This document shows positions 9,513 to 19,241 of a DNA stretch of 64,000 bases, piece by piece. The DNA lies in contig JBFEPE010000003.1 of the NCBI GenBank assembly GCA_041550235.1, positions 1,199-65,198 on the forward strand, given 5' to 3'. The notes beneath the pieces were generated by a model. The model was not told the DNA's origin and searched no databases. It was given only the letters and a program-made list of their open reading frames with translations. The translations under genes were made by a program, and so were the position numbers. The stretch is from Minisyncoccia bacterium. GTDB lineage: Bacteria; Patescibacteriota; Minisyncoccia; UBA6257; JAAZHW01. Position 1 is the stretch's first letter. Every line of letters begins with the position of its first letter.

Positions 9513-9642
9513 ACTCTTGAATATATTCAGCAGTATATTCAGTAGTTCTTAAAATATAATTCGACATAATTAAGCGAATAATATTTTTTGAAAATAATAA
9601 AAAATGGTGTATTATGATAATATATAATTAACTTAAAAAATT

Positions 9643-9834
9643 ATGGATAATCAAAGAAATAAAAATAACTCATTAAGACAACTTAAAAAATATGTTGATA
9701 ATTTAGATAGAACAAAGAGCATCACAACAAGAGGTAATTTTGAAAAAGAATGGAGGGAATTAAAGGAAATCGTCGAAGGAGCAAAAAGAATTAATAAAGA
9801 ACAAAAATGGAAAGAGGGCAATTTGAAGAAATAA
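9643..9834 (+). CDS. Small protein, putative antitoxin
   Basis: 63 aa, overlaps the start of the PIN gene. Confidence 0.55.
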   Translation: MDNQRNKNNSLRQLKKYVDNLDRTKSITTRGNFEKEWRELKEIVEGAKRINKEQKWKEGNLKK

Positions 9835-10367
9835 TTAGGAATAAATGGGTTGTATTTGATACAAATATACTTATCAAATCTTTTACATCTGAAAATTTTG
9901 AGAAATTCAAAGTCTTTTTTGATTATTTAAAAAATAATAATTGTGAAATAGTTAATTTTGATTTAGTAGGGTTTGAATTTACGAGAAATGATTATTGCCC
10001 TTCCGATATAGCACATAAAGAAATATTTTTAAAAAAGATTGGTGCGATTTTGTTAAATTTCAATCATGCACCTGATTTATTGGAGGAGGCATTGGAAATT
10101 TCAAGAATATATTCTCATAAAGGGATTCAAAAAGGAAAAATATCTTTAGTGGATTGTTGCCTTGGGGCATTATTAAAAATATATAATAAAAATATTTTTT
10201 TAGCGACATTAAATCACAAAGATTTTCCAACTATTCTATTTGATAGAAAATTCATTTTCCCTATTGATGCTGATGATGATATTCATACAATAGCATTCTA
10301 TAGGTTTAATAATAACAAATGGGCGACATTAAAGAATGATTTTGATAAAATTCAGCAATCTCAATAG
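9807..10367 (+). CDS. PIN-domain (VapC-like) ribonuclease
   Basis: VVFDTNILI, FEF, SLVDCCLGA, LATLNHKDF. Confidence 0.85.
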   Translation: MERGQFEEIIRNKWVVFDTNILIKSFTSENFEKFKVFFDYLKNNNCEIVNFDLVGFEFTRNDYCPSDIAHKEIFLKKIGAILLNFNHAPDLLEEALEISRIYSHKGIQKGKISLVDCCLGALLKIYNKNIFLATLNHKDFPTILFDRKFIFPIDADDDIHTIAFYRFNNNKWATLKNDFDKIQQSQ

Positions 10368-10439
10368 GGGCGGGTATAAATAATATTTTTTGAAAATAAT
10401 TAAAAATGGTGTATTATAATAATATATAATTATTATATT

Positions 10440-11171
10440 ATGAAAAATCAAAAAAAGAGACAAAAAGAGAAGGGGGGGAAAAAAATTATAAATGTTCCAT
10501 CAGTTAAATTAAAGGTGGATTCTTTAAATAGAATAAGTTTAGAAAAAATTGTGAGTGGAAAAATAAGGCAAGTCTCAAGAGAATTAGGCAAGGGGCTAAG
10601 ATTTATTAACAGCCACCCTCGCTCAGTAACAGTTTTCGGCTCAGCTAGATTTAAAGAAGATAATATCTATTATCAAAAAGCAAGAGAAATAGGAAGTTTG
10701 ATTATTGAGAATGGTTTTGCTGTTGTCACTGGAGGTGGCCCCGGCATAATGGAAGGTGCCAATAGGGGAGCATTTGAATCACAAGGTCCATCATTAGGAC
10801 TCACAATTGAATTGCCAACCGAACAGGTTATCAACCCTTATGTTAATGGTTATGAGAATTTTGAGTTTTTCTTCACAAGAAAACTTTGTCTTTCTTTCTC
10901 AGCCGAGGCCTTTATATTTATGCCCGGTGGCTATGGCACATTAGACGAGTTTTTTGAGATGATTACTTTAATCCAAACAAAAAAGATACCAAAAATTCCC
11001 GTTTTCTTATTCGGCTCTGAATTTTGGAAGCCATTAGATGATTTCATCAAAAAGTCTCTTATAGAGAAACATAAGACGATAAGCAAGGGCGATGAGAAAA
11101 TCTACACCATCACTGACGACCCAAAGAAAATGGTAAGAATGATTAAGAAGGCAAAGATAAGAATGGGATAA
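10440..11171 (+). CDS. LOG family (TIGR00730) protein
   Basis: VFGSAR, TGGGPGIME, PGGYGTLDE. Confidence 0.92.
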   Translation: MKNQKKRQKEKGGKKIINVPSVKLKVDSLNRISLEKIVSGKIRQVSRELGKGLRFINSHPRSVTVFGSARFKEDNIYYQKAREIGSLIIENGFAVVTGGGPGIMEGANRGAFESQGPSLGLTIELPTEQVINPYVNGYENFEFFFTRKLCLSFSAEAFIFMPGGYGTLDEFFEMITLIQTKKIPKIPVFLFGSEFWKPLDDFIKKSLIEKHKTISKGDEKIYTITDDPKKMVRMIKKAKIRMG

Positions 11172-11193
11172 TTTGATTTATAAATTTTAAAAA

Positions 11194-12279
11194 ATGGATA
11201 TATTATTATTTCTTATTTTAATAATTGGGATTGCCATATTGGTGGCGATGTTTTTAATTTGGAAAAAAATATCTTCACCTGAAAAAGACACAAAAAAAAA
11301 TAGCGAATCATTTCTATTGCTTCAAAATCAAATAAATCAAATTGTAAAAGCAATTGATGAAAAACTCGGAGAAAGCCGAAGAGAAATGACAAATGCAGTT
11401 CAAACCCAATTTAGCGAATCACAAAAATTGATAAAAAATGTTTTAGAGAGTAGCAGAGACATCACTGCAAAAGTTTCTCAAGTTCAAGAATCAAGCAAGC
11501 AAGTTTTTTCTTTAGCAGAACAACTTCAAAATTTAGAGAAGGTTTTGAAAAATCAAAAGCAGAGAGGAAATTTAGGTGAAATGGGCTTGGAATTAGTCTT
11601 ATCCAATATTTTATCGGCTGATACATATAAAATTCAATATCAATTTTCTGATGGCGATACAGTTGATGCAATAATAAAAACAAAGGAAGGAATAATTCCT
11701 GTTGATGCAAAATTTTCATTAGATAATTATCAAAGGGCGGCTGATGAAAAAGATGAGGCGAAAAAAGAAATCTTAGAAAAAGATTTTAAGAATGATTTAA
11801 AAAAGAGAATTGATGAGACGGCAAAATATATCAAACCAAAAGAGGGGACACTGCCTTTTGCTTTTATGTTTATTCCCGCCGAAGGAATTTATTATGATTT
11901 AATGGTAAATGAGGTGGGGTCATTGAAGTCAAATACAAGAAATTTGATTGATTATGCTTATAGGGATAAGAATGTGATAATTGTTTCGCCAACTACTTTT
12001 GCCGCCTATCTTCAATCGGTTCTTTATGGATTTCGTGCCTTTCAAATAGAGGAGCAGACCATTGAGATTAGAAAGAATGTTGATAATTTAAGAGTTCATA
12101 TATCAAAATATGAGGAATATATGAAGAAATTAGGGAATAATCTTTCGGCAACTGTTAATAGTTATAATTTTGCCGGCAAAGAATTTAAGAAAATAGATAA
12201 GGATATTTTAAAGATAAGCGGACAATCCGCCGGAGTAGAGCCAGTGCTAATTGATAAGCCCAGAAAAGAAGATGATTAG
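11194..12279 (+). CDS. rmuC: DNA recombination protein RmuC
   Basis: N-terminal TM and coiled coil; RGNLGE, VDAKFS, FAFMFIPAEG, VSPTT. Confidence 0.92.
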   Translation: MDILLFLILIIGIAILVAMFLIWKKISSPEKDTKKNSESFLLLQNQINQIVKAIDEKLGESRREMTNAVQTQFSESQKLIKNVLESSRDITAKVSQVQESSKQVFSLAEQLQNLEKVLKNQKQRGNLGEMGLELVLSNILSADTYKIQYQFSDGDTVDAIIKTKEGIIPVDAKFSLDNYQRAADEKDEAKKEILEKDFKNDLKKRIDETAKYIKPKEGTLPFAFMFIPAEGIYYDLMVNEVGSLKSNTRNLIDYAYRDKNVIIVSPTTFAAYLQSVLYGFRAFQIEEQTIEIRKNVDNLRVHISKYEEYMKKLGNNLSATVNSYNFAGKEFKKIDKDILKISGQSAGVEPVLIDKPRKEDD

Positions 12280-12380
12280 TTTTAATAAATAAAATGATTT
12301 TAATTTAGTTTACAAGATAGAATAATTTATCACCGAACTATTTATTTGCTTACAGGGAATAATTTTATTATAATGGCATT

Positions 12381-12622
12381 ATGAAAAATAAGATTTATAA
12401 AAAAGTATCTCAATATCCAGTGATAGTTCAAGAGGATGAATTGGGCGGTTTTTGGGTTAATTGCCCTGTATTAGAAGGTTGTTATTCTCAAGGAGAAACA
12501 ATTGATGAGGCTCTTAAGAATATCAAAGAATCAATCTCTCTTTGTTTGGAAGACATTTCAGAAAATAAAATTGATGAGAGAGCACACGAAGGCAAGTGAG
12601 CCTTCACTTTATAAAAGCTTAA
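12381..12622 (+). CDS. hicB: HicB-family antitoxin, apparently frameshifted near its 3' end
   Basis: CPVLEGCYSQGETIDEAL; ORF stops at 12599, but VSLHFIKA* continues in a shifted frame to a TAA abutting the hicA ATG. Confidence 0.8.
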
Positions 12623-12623
12623 T

Positions 12624-12848
12624 ATGGGTAAATTAAGAGGTTTTTCTGCAAAAGCTGTCATCAGTAAATTAGAAAAAATTGGTTATCAAATTTCTCGCAC
12701 AAAAGGGAGCCATGTTAGAATTGAGCATCCAAATAAAAGAGATTATAAATCAATCACTATCCCTAATCATAAGGAATTAAAAATCGGGTTATTATCCCAA
12801 ATAATTAGAGATGTGAAATTGTCTATTGATGAGTTTTTGAAGTTATAG
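12624..12848 (+). CDS. hicA: HicA-family mRNA interferase
   Basis: GY...KGSH, TIPNHKEL..GLL..I. Confidence 0.9.
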   Translation: MGKLRGFSAKAVISKLEKIGYQISRTKGSHVRIEHPNKRDYKSITIPNHKELKIGLLSQIIRDVKLSIDEFLKL

Positions 12849-12978
12849 GAATTGGTCTATATAAGATTTGCGGAGTCGTTTTTGAAAAAGGACAATTATA
12901 GGAATTATCCTCTGTGCCTAAATTTTTAATGCCCTTATAAATATTGAAATGGTTGATAAAATGATTTATGCTAAATAC

Positions 12979-14538
12979 ATGATATCAAAGATATTAAATC
13001 ATCAATCAAAGACTATTACCAAAGGGGCTTTTATTATAGCCATTTTTTATATCATCAACGGAGCAATGGCCTTATTAAGAAACGGGCTTTTAGCAGGAAA
13101 ATTTGGAGCCGAAAGAAATTTAGATATATATTATGCTGCTTTTAGAATCCCCGATTTCCTTTATGCAATCTTAATAGCCGGCGCCTTATCAGCTGCCCTT
13201 ATCCCATTATTTATAGAAAAATTAAATATATCCAAAGAAAAAGCATGGGAATTTAGCAGTAAGGTTTTATCAGTATTTACCCTGATATTATTATTAGGAG
13301 CAATTATCACAATAATATTCGCCCCGTTTTTAGCAAAACTCATTGCCCCAGGATTTAGTTTGGCTCATCAAAAAATGGTCGCTCATCTCACAAGAATAAT
13401 GATGATTCAGCCAATTCTATTAGGCCTTTCAAATATTGTTGTAGGAATTCTCCAAAGCTTCAAAAGATTTTTAATCACATCATTATCACCAATTTTATAT
13501 AATTTAGGAATAATTACTGGAATTATTTTTCTCTACCCACTTTTAGGAATATCAGGATTAGCAGTGGGAGTGGTTCTCGGAGCAGTTTTTCATTTTGCCA
13601 TTCAACTACCTTCTTTAAAAGGATTAGATTTTAAATTTAGATTTTTGCCAAAATTTAAAGATAAAGATATAAAAGAGGTTTTTAAATTGATGATTCCAAG
13701 GGTTGCCGGGCTAATGTCGGTTCATATAAATTTTTTAGCAATAACTATTATTGCTTCCAGTTTGGCGGTTGGCTCTTTGGCAATTTTTAACTTTGCCAAT
13801 GATTTGCAATCGCTTCCGCAAAATATTTTTGCAATTTCTTTTGCTATTGCCAGTTTCCCAATATTGGCAGGACTTTCAAAAAATAAGGAAGAATTTAATA
13901 ATGAGATTCAAAAAACAATTAAGAATATATTATTTTTTATCATTCCAGTATCATTTTTATTTTTCTTTTTGAAAAATGAGATAATAGGAATAACTTTGAA
14001 TTATGGTAGATTTGATTTTGGAGATGTCTTTTTGGTAAGCAAGGCAGTAGGAATTTTTTCATTATCATTAGTTGCACAAGGATTATTGCCACTATTGATT
14101 AGAGCATTTTTTGCTCTAAAAAATTCTATTCAGCCATTTTTGGCTGGGCTAATTGCCAATTTATTTAATATTATTTTAGGGATTATTCTTTCTAAAAAAT
14201 TTGGAATATTGGGATTGGTTTCTGCCTTTGCTATTTCATCATGGTTGAATTTGGTTGCTTTGATAATCCTTCTTTATTTTAAAAAAGGAATAAACTTATT
14301 AAAGATTTCATTATTAAAGAGTGTGGGGAGAATTTTATTGTCATCTGTTTTCTTGGGTGCCTTTTGCTTGATTGGAAAAAATATTCCCATTTGGCTTGGA
14401 TTAGATGCTTCTTCTTGGGCGATTAATTTTATTAGCTTAATTGCTGGGGGAGTATTAGGGGTTGGAATATATATTGTTTTCCTAATTTTAATATCCGCCC
14501 CGGAAATATATTTCTTAAAAAAGTATTTTGGTAAATAA
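12979..14538 (+). CDS. murJ: Lipid II flippase MurJ
   Basis: DIYYAAFRIPD, GALSAALIP, RAFFA; multi-TM; start uncertain (12949-12979). Confidence 0.92.
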   Translation: MISKILNHQSKTITKGAFIIAIFYIINGAMALLRNGLLAGKFGAERNLDIYYAAFRIPDFLYAILIAGALSAALIPLFIEKLNISKEKAWEFSSKVLSVFTLILLLGAIITIIFAPFLAKLIAPGFSLAHQKMVAHLTRIMMIQPILLGLSNIVVGILQSFKRFLITSLSPILYNLGIITGIIFLYPLLGISGLAVGVVLGAVFHFAIQLPSLKGLDFKFRFLPKFKDKDIKEVFKLMIPRVAGLMSVHINFLAITIIASSLAVGSLAIFNFANDLQSLPQNIFAISFAIASFPILAGLSKNKEEFNNEIQKTIKNILFFIIPVSFLFFFLKNEIIGITLNYGRFDFGDVFLVSKAVGIFSLSLVAQGLLPLLIRAFFALKNSIQPFLAGLIANLFNIILGIILSKKFGILGLVSAFAISSWLNLVALIILLYFKKGINLLKISLLKSVGRILLSSVFLGAFCLIGKNIPIWLGLDASSWAINFISLIAGGVLGVGIYIVFLILISAPEIYFLKKYFGK

Positions 14539-14623
14539 GTAGAATTTACTCAGTGGGGGTCCCGCATTTTTTTAAAAAATTTTGCTGGATTTTTGGGTTA
14601 AAATGTTTTAGAATGGTTTCAAT

Positions 14624-16057
14624 ATGGAAACAAAAATGGAAAAAATTGTCTCATTAGCCAAAAGACGAGGATTTGTCTTTCCTAATTCAGAAATATATGG
14701 GGGATTAGCAAGTGCTTATGATTATGGTCCTTTGGGGGTGGAATTAAAGAATAATATTAAAAAACTTTGGTGGAAGTTTTTTATTCAAGATAGGGAAGAT
14801 ATGGTTGGTATTGATGGAAATATAATCTCCTCGCCAAAGGTTTGGGAAGCAAGCGGACATATAGAAAATTTTAAAGATCCAATGATTGAGTGTAAAAATT
14901 GTCATGCTAGATATAGAGCCGATAAGGGCGGAAAAAAATTAAAGATTAAATTAAATAAATTAATTGAGGGCTTTGATAAAAATTTGAAGACCGGCGCTGA
15001 TATTCCCACTTATAGAGATTCAGATGTTGATTTAAGTGGAAATTGCGATTTTTGTGGGGCAAAGCCAAATGGTGAGAATTTTACACCGCCAAGAAGTTTT
15101 AGTGGGATGTTTAGAACACACTTAGGACCAGTTGAAGAGAATGCTGAAATAGTTTATCTCCGCCCTGAGACCGCTCAGAACATTTTCATAAATTATAAAA
15201 ATATTTTAAATTCGACAAATAAAAAAATACCTTTTGGGATTGGGCAGATAGGCAAGGCATTTAGAAACGAAATAACAACTGGACAATTTATTTTTAGAAC
15301 ATTTGAATTTGAGCAAATGGAAATAGAATACTTTATTCCCGACCCGGAATTAACCGGTTTTGATTGGGAGAAAAGTTTTGATGAATGGAAAGAAAAAATG
15401 AATCAATTCGCCGAGATGATTGGATTAAAAAAAGATGAGTTTGAAAATATAGAAATTTCAAAAGAAGAAAGAGCATTTTATTCAAAAAGAACAATTGATA
15501 CTGAATATAAATATCCTTTTGGGCAAGAGGAATTATGGGGATTAGCATATAGAGGGAATTATGATTTGTCTCGCCATCAGGATTATTCAAAAGAAGACTT
15601 GAGATATTTTGATGAGAAATTAGAAGGAAAAGAAAAGAAATATTTGCCTCATGTTATTGAGCCGTCATTTGGGGTTGATAGAGCATTGTTGGCAGTTTTA
15701 TGCTCCGCCTATGATGATAGCGAAAAGGAAAGAATTGTTTTGAAATTGCCACCGGTATTAGCCCCTTATAAAATTGCCGTAGCCCCTCTTTTGGGAAATA
15801 AGCCCGAACTTATAGAAAAAGCAAGAAGTGTTTTTGAATTATTAAAGAAAGAATGGCATTGTGTTTGGGATGATAGGGGAAATATAGGGAAAAGATATAA
15901 GAGTCAAGATGAGATAGGCACTCCATATTTTGTGGTGATTGATTTTGATTCATTGGAGGATGATTCGGTTACTATTAGAGATAGGGATACTATGGAGCAG
16001 AAGAGAATTAAGATAAGCGATTTAGAAAAATACTTTGAGAATAAGTTTAGTTTTTAG
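14624..16057 (+). CDS. glyQS: Glycine-tRNA ligase (homodimeric type)
   Basis: KRRGF, YDYGPLG, YLRPETAQ, GKAFRNE, IEPSFGVDR, DEIGTP. Confidence 0.97.
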   Translation: METKMEKIVSLAKRRGFVFPNSEIYGGLASAYDYGPLGVELKNNIKKLWWKFFIQDREDMVGIDGNIISSPKVWEASGHIENFKDPMIECKNCHARYRADKGGKKLKIKLNKLIEGFDKNLKTGADIPTYRDSDVDLSGNCDFCGAKPNGENFTPPRSFSGMFRTHLGPVEENAEIVYLRPETAQNIFINYKNILNSTNKKIPFGIGQIGKAFRNEITTGQFIFRTFEFEQMEIEYFIPDPELTGFDWEKSFDEWKEKMNQFAEMIGLKKDEFENIEISKEERAFYSKRTIDTEYKYPFGQEELWGLAYRGNYDLSRHQDYSKEDLRYFDEKLEGKEKKYLPHVIEPSFGVDRALLAVLCSAYDDSEKERIVLKLPPVLAPYKIAVAPLLGNKPELIEKARSVFELLKKEWHCVWDDRGNIGKRYKSQDEIGTPYFVVIDFDSLEDDSVTIRDRDTMEQKRIKISDLEKYFENKFSF

Positions 16058-16099
16058 CAATAAATAAATGTGTTATGGTATAGGTAATCAAATTGTAAT

Positions 16100-16444
16100 A
16101 TGCTTAAGATATTTCTAAAAGATAAAATTATTATGATTTCATTATCATCGGCAATATTAATATTTATTATCTCTATTTTGATATTGTCTTTGAATATTTC
16201 ACCCGGTGGGAATAATTTTGTCGTTCATTATAAGGCATTAGGTGGAATAGATTTATTTGGATCGCGAGGAGATGTTTATTATCCAATTTTTGCTGGAGCG
16301 ATTATTTTGATAATTAATGTATTTTTAGGTATATTATTTTGGAGCAGAATAAGAAAATTATCATACTTAGCCATAGCATCACTACCAGTTTTAGAAATAA
16401 TAATTTTAATCACTTGCTTTAATTTAGCCTATATTAATCGATAA
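16100..16444 (+). CDS. Hypothetical membrane protein
   Basis: 3 predicted TM segments, VHY...GID motif. Confidence 0.75.
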   Translation: MLKIFLKDKIIMISLSSAILIFIISILILSLNISPGGNNFVVHYKALGGIDLFGSRGDVYYPIFAGAIILIINVFLGILFWSRIRKLSYLAIASLPVLEIIILITCFNLAYINR

Positions 16445-16588
16445 GAAAGAGGCGAGACTGCCCCCGCCTACGGCGGGGGGAGAGATTGTCTCGGTTTATC
16501 ATCGCGGGCAGGACGGTGTAAAATAATATAAATTACTTGAAACACAATAAATAATAATAATTTGCTTCATATCAATAATTCAAAAAAT

Positions 16589-16864
16589 ATGCATAATATT
16601 AAATATTTAATAAAGAAAAAAATAAATCAATTAGGATTAAAGAAAAAATTTGATGAGGCGAGTATTTGTAAGATAGTGAATGAATTTATTGAAGCCCATC
16701 TGTTAGGGGCTGAGGTTCGGGCGGAGGCATATCATAATGGCTCTTTAATTATTAAGGCAAATAATGCAGTTGGAGCAAATGAGATATATTTTTTTCAGGA
16801 AGAATTAAGGTTTTTTCTAAAGCAAAATAATTTCTCAATCAGAAATATAAGGATAGTTTATTGA
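16589..16864 (+). CDS. DciA/DUF721-like protein
   Basis: NGSLIIKANNAVGANEI pattern, C-terminal IRNIRI. Confidence 0.6.
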   Translation: MHNIKYLIKKKINQLGLKKKFDEASICKIVNEFIEAHLLGAEVRAEAYHNGSLIIKANNAVGANEIYFFQEELRFFLKQNNFSIRNIRIVY

Positions 16865-17128
16865 TTTTAAAAAAATAGGTCTTCCACACCCTGCTTGTTT
16901 TCGTCCTTTATTTTTGGTTATATTGATTGAAATATCCTCGCCCCGCTTCGCGGGGCGAGGATATGAGGCGGTTTTATTCATGGCACATCTATTATATTTT
17001 TTAAAATTTTTATTTCCTAACTAATTATCAGATATTTAAAATAGGTTTTCCACACTTTATGGTGATATTATTATTTTGAATGTCTTAAGGAGTAATATAT
17101 TATATAATTAGATTAGGAGGAAAGGAAA

Positions 17129-17281
17129 ATGATAATAAAATCTAAAATAAAAATTTTTGTGGCTACAATCATCGCCATTATTATTCTTGTGATAATTGCC
17201 ATTATAGAGGGTCCTCATTCTCTCGGTGAAATTATAGATTGGATAGTTGATGGGCTATCCAATGCAATGATTGGACCTTAA
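17129..17281 (+). CDS. 50-aa single-TM protein (missing from the ORF track)
   Basis: SD AGGAGG; MIIKSKIKIFVATIIAIIILVIIAIIEGPHSLGEIIDWIVDGLSNAMIGP*; terminator near 17336-17365. Confidence 0.65.
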   Translation: MIIKSKIKIFVATIIAIIILVIIAIIEGPHSLGEIIDWIVDGLSNAMIGP

Positions 17282-17373
17282 TCATTTGATTGTTTGCTCC
17301 ACTTACTCCATCTTATTATATTGCCCAATCAAATCAACCCGCATATTTATTGGCGGGTCTTTTTTAAAAATTA

Positions 17374-19239
17374 TTAAATCCTGTTTAGTTCCTCCATGCC
17401 AATTAATCTCATTATTTCTCTCATTATTTCTCTAATTTTTTCAAGCAAAAATAATCTAGCAATTTTGATTGATTCTTCACTCTTGATTATAGAATGCTTC
17501 TCATAATATGAATTAAAGAGGCGAGAGATATTTATTAAGTATTGAGCTAAAATATTTGGGCGAAGAGATTCAAATGCCTCTTCAATAATCTCTTCTTTTT
17601 TTGATATTTCCTTTATAATCTCCCATTCTAAATTTTCGTTTAGATTATTTATGATATTATTATCAATACTGCTTATATCAATATCATTATATTCTGCCTT
17701 TTCAAAAATACTGGAAATTCTAGCAAAAGTATATAGAACATACATACCTGTGTCGCCCTTTAAATCAATTGCTTTATTTAAATCAAAGACAATATCTTGC
17801 TGAATATCTGTCTTTATAAAATCAAATCTAATCACTCCCATCGCTATTTTATTATGAGAAATTTCTTTATTTTCAGAGCCACTCTTTATTTTTTCTATTA
17901 GCATATCAAATAAACCATCAATAGTTACGAACCATCCTTTTCGACTGGAAAAAGGCAATCTATCTTGCTTTTTTTCTTTTTCAGTGAGATTAAATTCAAA
18001 ATCAATAAGAGTTTGAGGTGTGAGATAGACAACACCATAAGCCAAGTGATGATATTTTTTATCGCCCTTTAGATATCCAAGCATTTTCAACGCCGTTTTA
18101 ACAACATTTTGAGCATATGTTTGACGATTATCAACAACGGCTATCGCCCTATCATAATTTCCAAAATCTTTTTTTTCTGATTCTTTCTTTTCTGATGATG
18201 TAGTAAAAATCCAATCTTTGTTTGATTGTTGAACTAATTTTTTATAGAAGAAGTCTCTATCTAAAAACCCAAGCTTCCAAATTGCATAGACAATATCTTT
18301 GGCGGGGTATGTTATTGTGCCATCACTTCTTATTAATATCTGATAGGGATTGCGAGTATTCTTAAACTCCTCCTCCTCTGATAAGTCTAAAATCCAGCAT
18401 CCTTTTGCTTCGCCCTTGTCGGCGAACTTAACAAAGCCCATTGATTTTAATTTTTCTATCGTTTCTTTGAAAAATCCCAGTTTCAGAATATCAGTTTCCC
18501 ATGTGACAAAGTCAAAAAAAGAATTTATTTTCCAGCATGATTCAAATTGGGCAATGGCACATCGGCGAGTATATTCTTTGTGAAGTTTTGATATTTTTAG
18601 ATTATCATTTTTTTCTATATGAGAAATAATGCTTGATATTTGTTTTTTGAAATTTTCGCCACCCTCTTCTTCTCTTTTTTTCATACTCATATAAATCTCA
18701 CCACTATAATGATCAAATTTTTTATCTGTTTTTAGGGGGTAATTGTAATACAAATGACCAACTAAATTATAACCGACATTAACTCCTGAGTCGTCCCCAT
18801 AAGTACCTGCATGAGTTTCATATCCTAAATATTTTGAGATTTTGACTAATGAATCGCCAATACAAATATTTCTTGCCTGTCCTAAATGAAGGGGCTTGTT
18901 TGGATTTGCACTTAGATATTCAATTAAAACCTTTTTATCTTTTTTTAAACTTTCTTTAATTTCATTTGGGGAAAAAATATCTTTCATCACTTCTTTTTTG
19001 TTTAGATGTATATTTAGATAAGGTCCTTTTATTTCTGTTTTTGAGATTAAATTATCCTTAATAATTTCTTTAAATTTTTCGGCGATTTTATTCGGTGATA
19101 ATTTTAATTCTTTAGAGAATTGAAAGCAGGGGAGAGAAAAATCACCCCAATCTGATTCGGGTGGAATTTCTAATTTGATATCTTTTATTCCTAATTGATT
19201 TTCTAATAGTTTTTCAATTTTTATTCTTATTTGATTCAT
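17374..19239 (-). CDS. argS: Arginine-tRNA ligase
   Basis: GDFSLPCF, GPYLN, SANPNKPLHLGQARN, RSDGT, FSSRKG, GDTGMYVLYTFARISSI. Confidence 0.93.
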   Translation of the reverse strand: MNQIRIKIEKLLENQLGIKDIKLEIPPESDWGDFSLPCFQFSKELKLSPNKIAEKFKEIIKDNLISKTEIKGPYLNIHLNKKEVMKDIFSPNEIKESLKKDKKVLIEYLSANPNKPLHLGQARNICIGDSLVKISKYLGYETHAGTYGDDSGVNVGYNLVGHLYYNYPLKTDKKFDHYSGEIYMSMKKREEEGGENFKKQISSIISHIEKNDNLKISKLHKEYTRRCAIAQFESCWKINSFFDFVTWETDILKLGFFKETIEKLKSMGFVKFADKGEAKGCWILDLSEEEEFKNTRNPYQILIRSDGTITYPAKDIVYAIWKLGFLDRDFFYKKLVQQSNKDWIFTTSSEKKESEKKDFGNYDRAIAVVDNRQTYAQNVVKTALKMLGYLKGDKKYHHLAYGVVYLTPQTLIDFEFNLTEKEKKQDRLPFSSRKGWFVTIDGLFDMLIEKIKSGSENKEISHNKIAMGVIRFDFIKTDIQQDIVFDLNKAIDLKGDTGMYVLYTFARISSIFEKAEYNDIDISSIDNNIINNLNENLEWEIIKEISKKEEIIEEAFESLRPNILAQYLINISRLFNSYYEKHSIIKSEESIKIARLFLLEKIREIMREIMRLIGMEELNRI

Positions 19240-19241
19240 TT

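Larger units (their letters stand above)
9577..10432. repeat. 54-bp direct repeat (9577-9630, 10379-10432) bracketing a two-gene PIN module
   Basis: Copies differ at 2 positions; each contains TTGAAA and a -10-like box. Confidence 0.9.
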
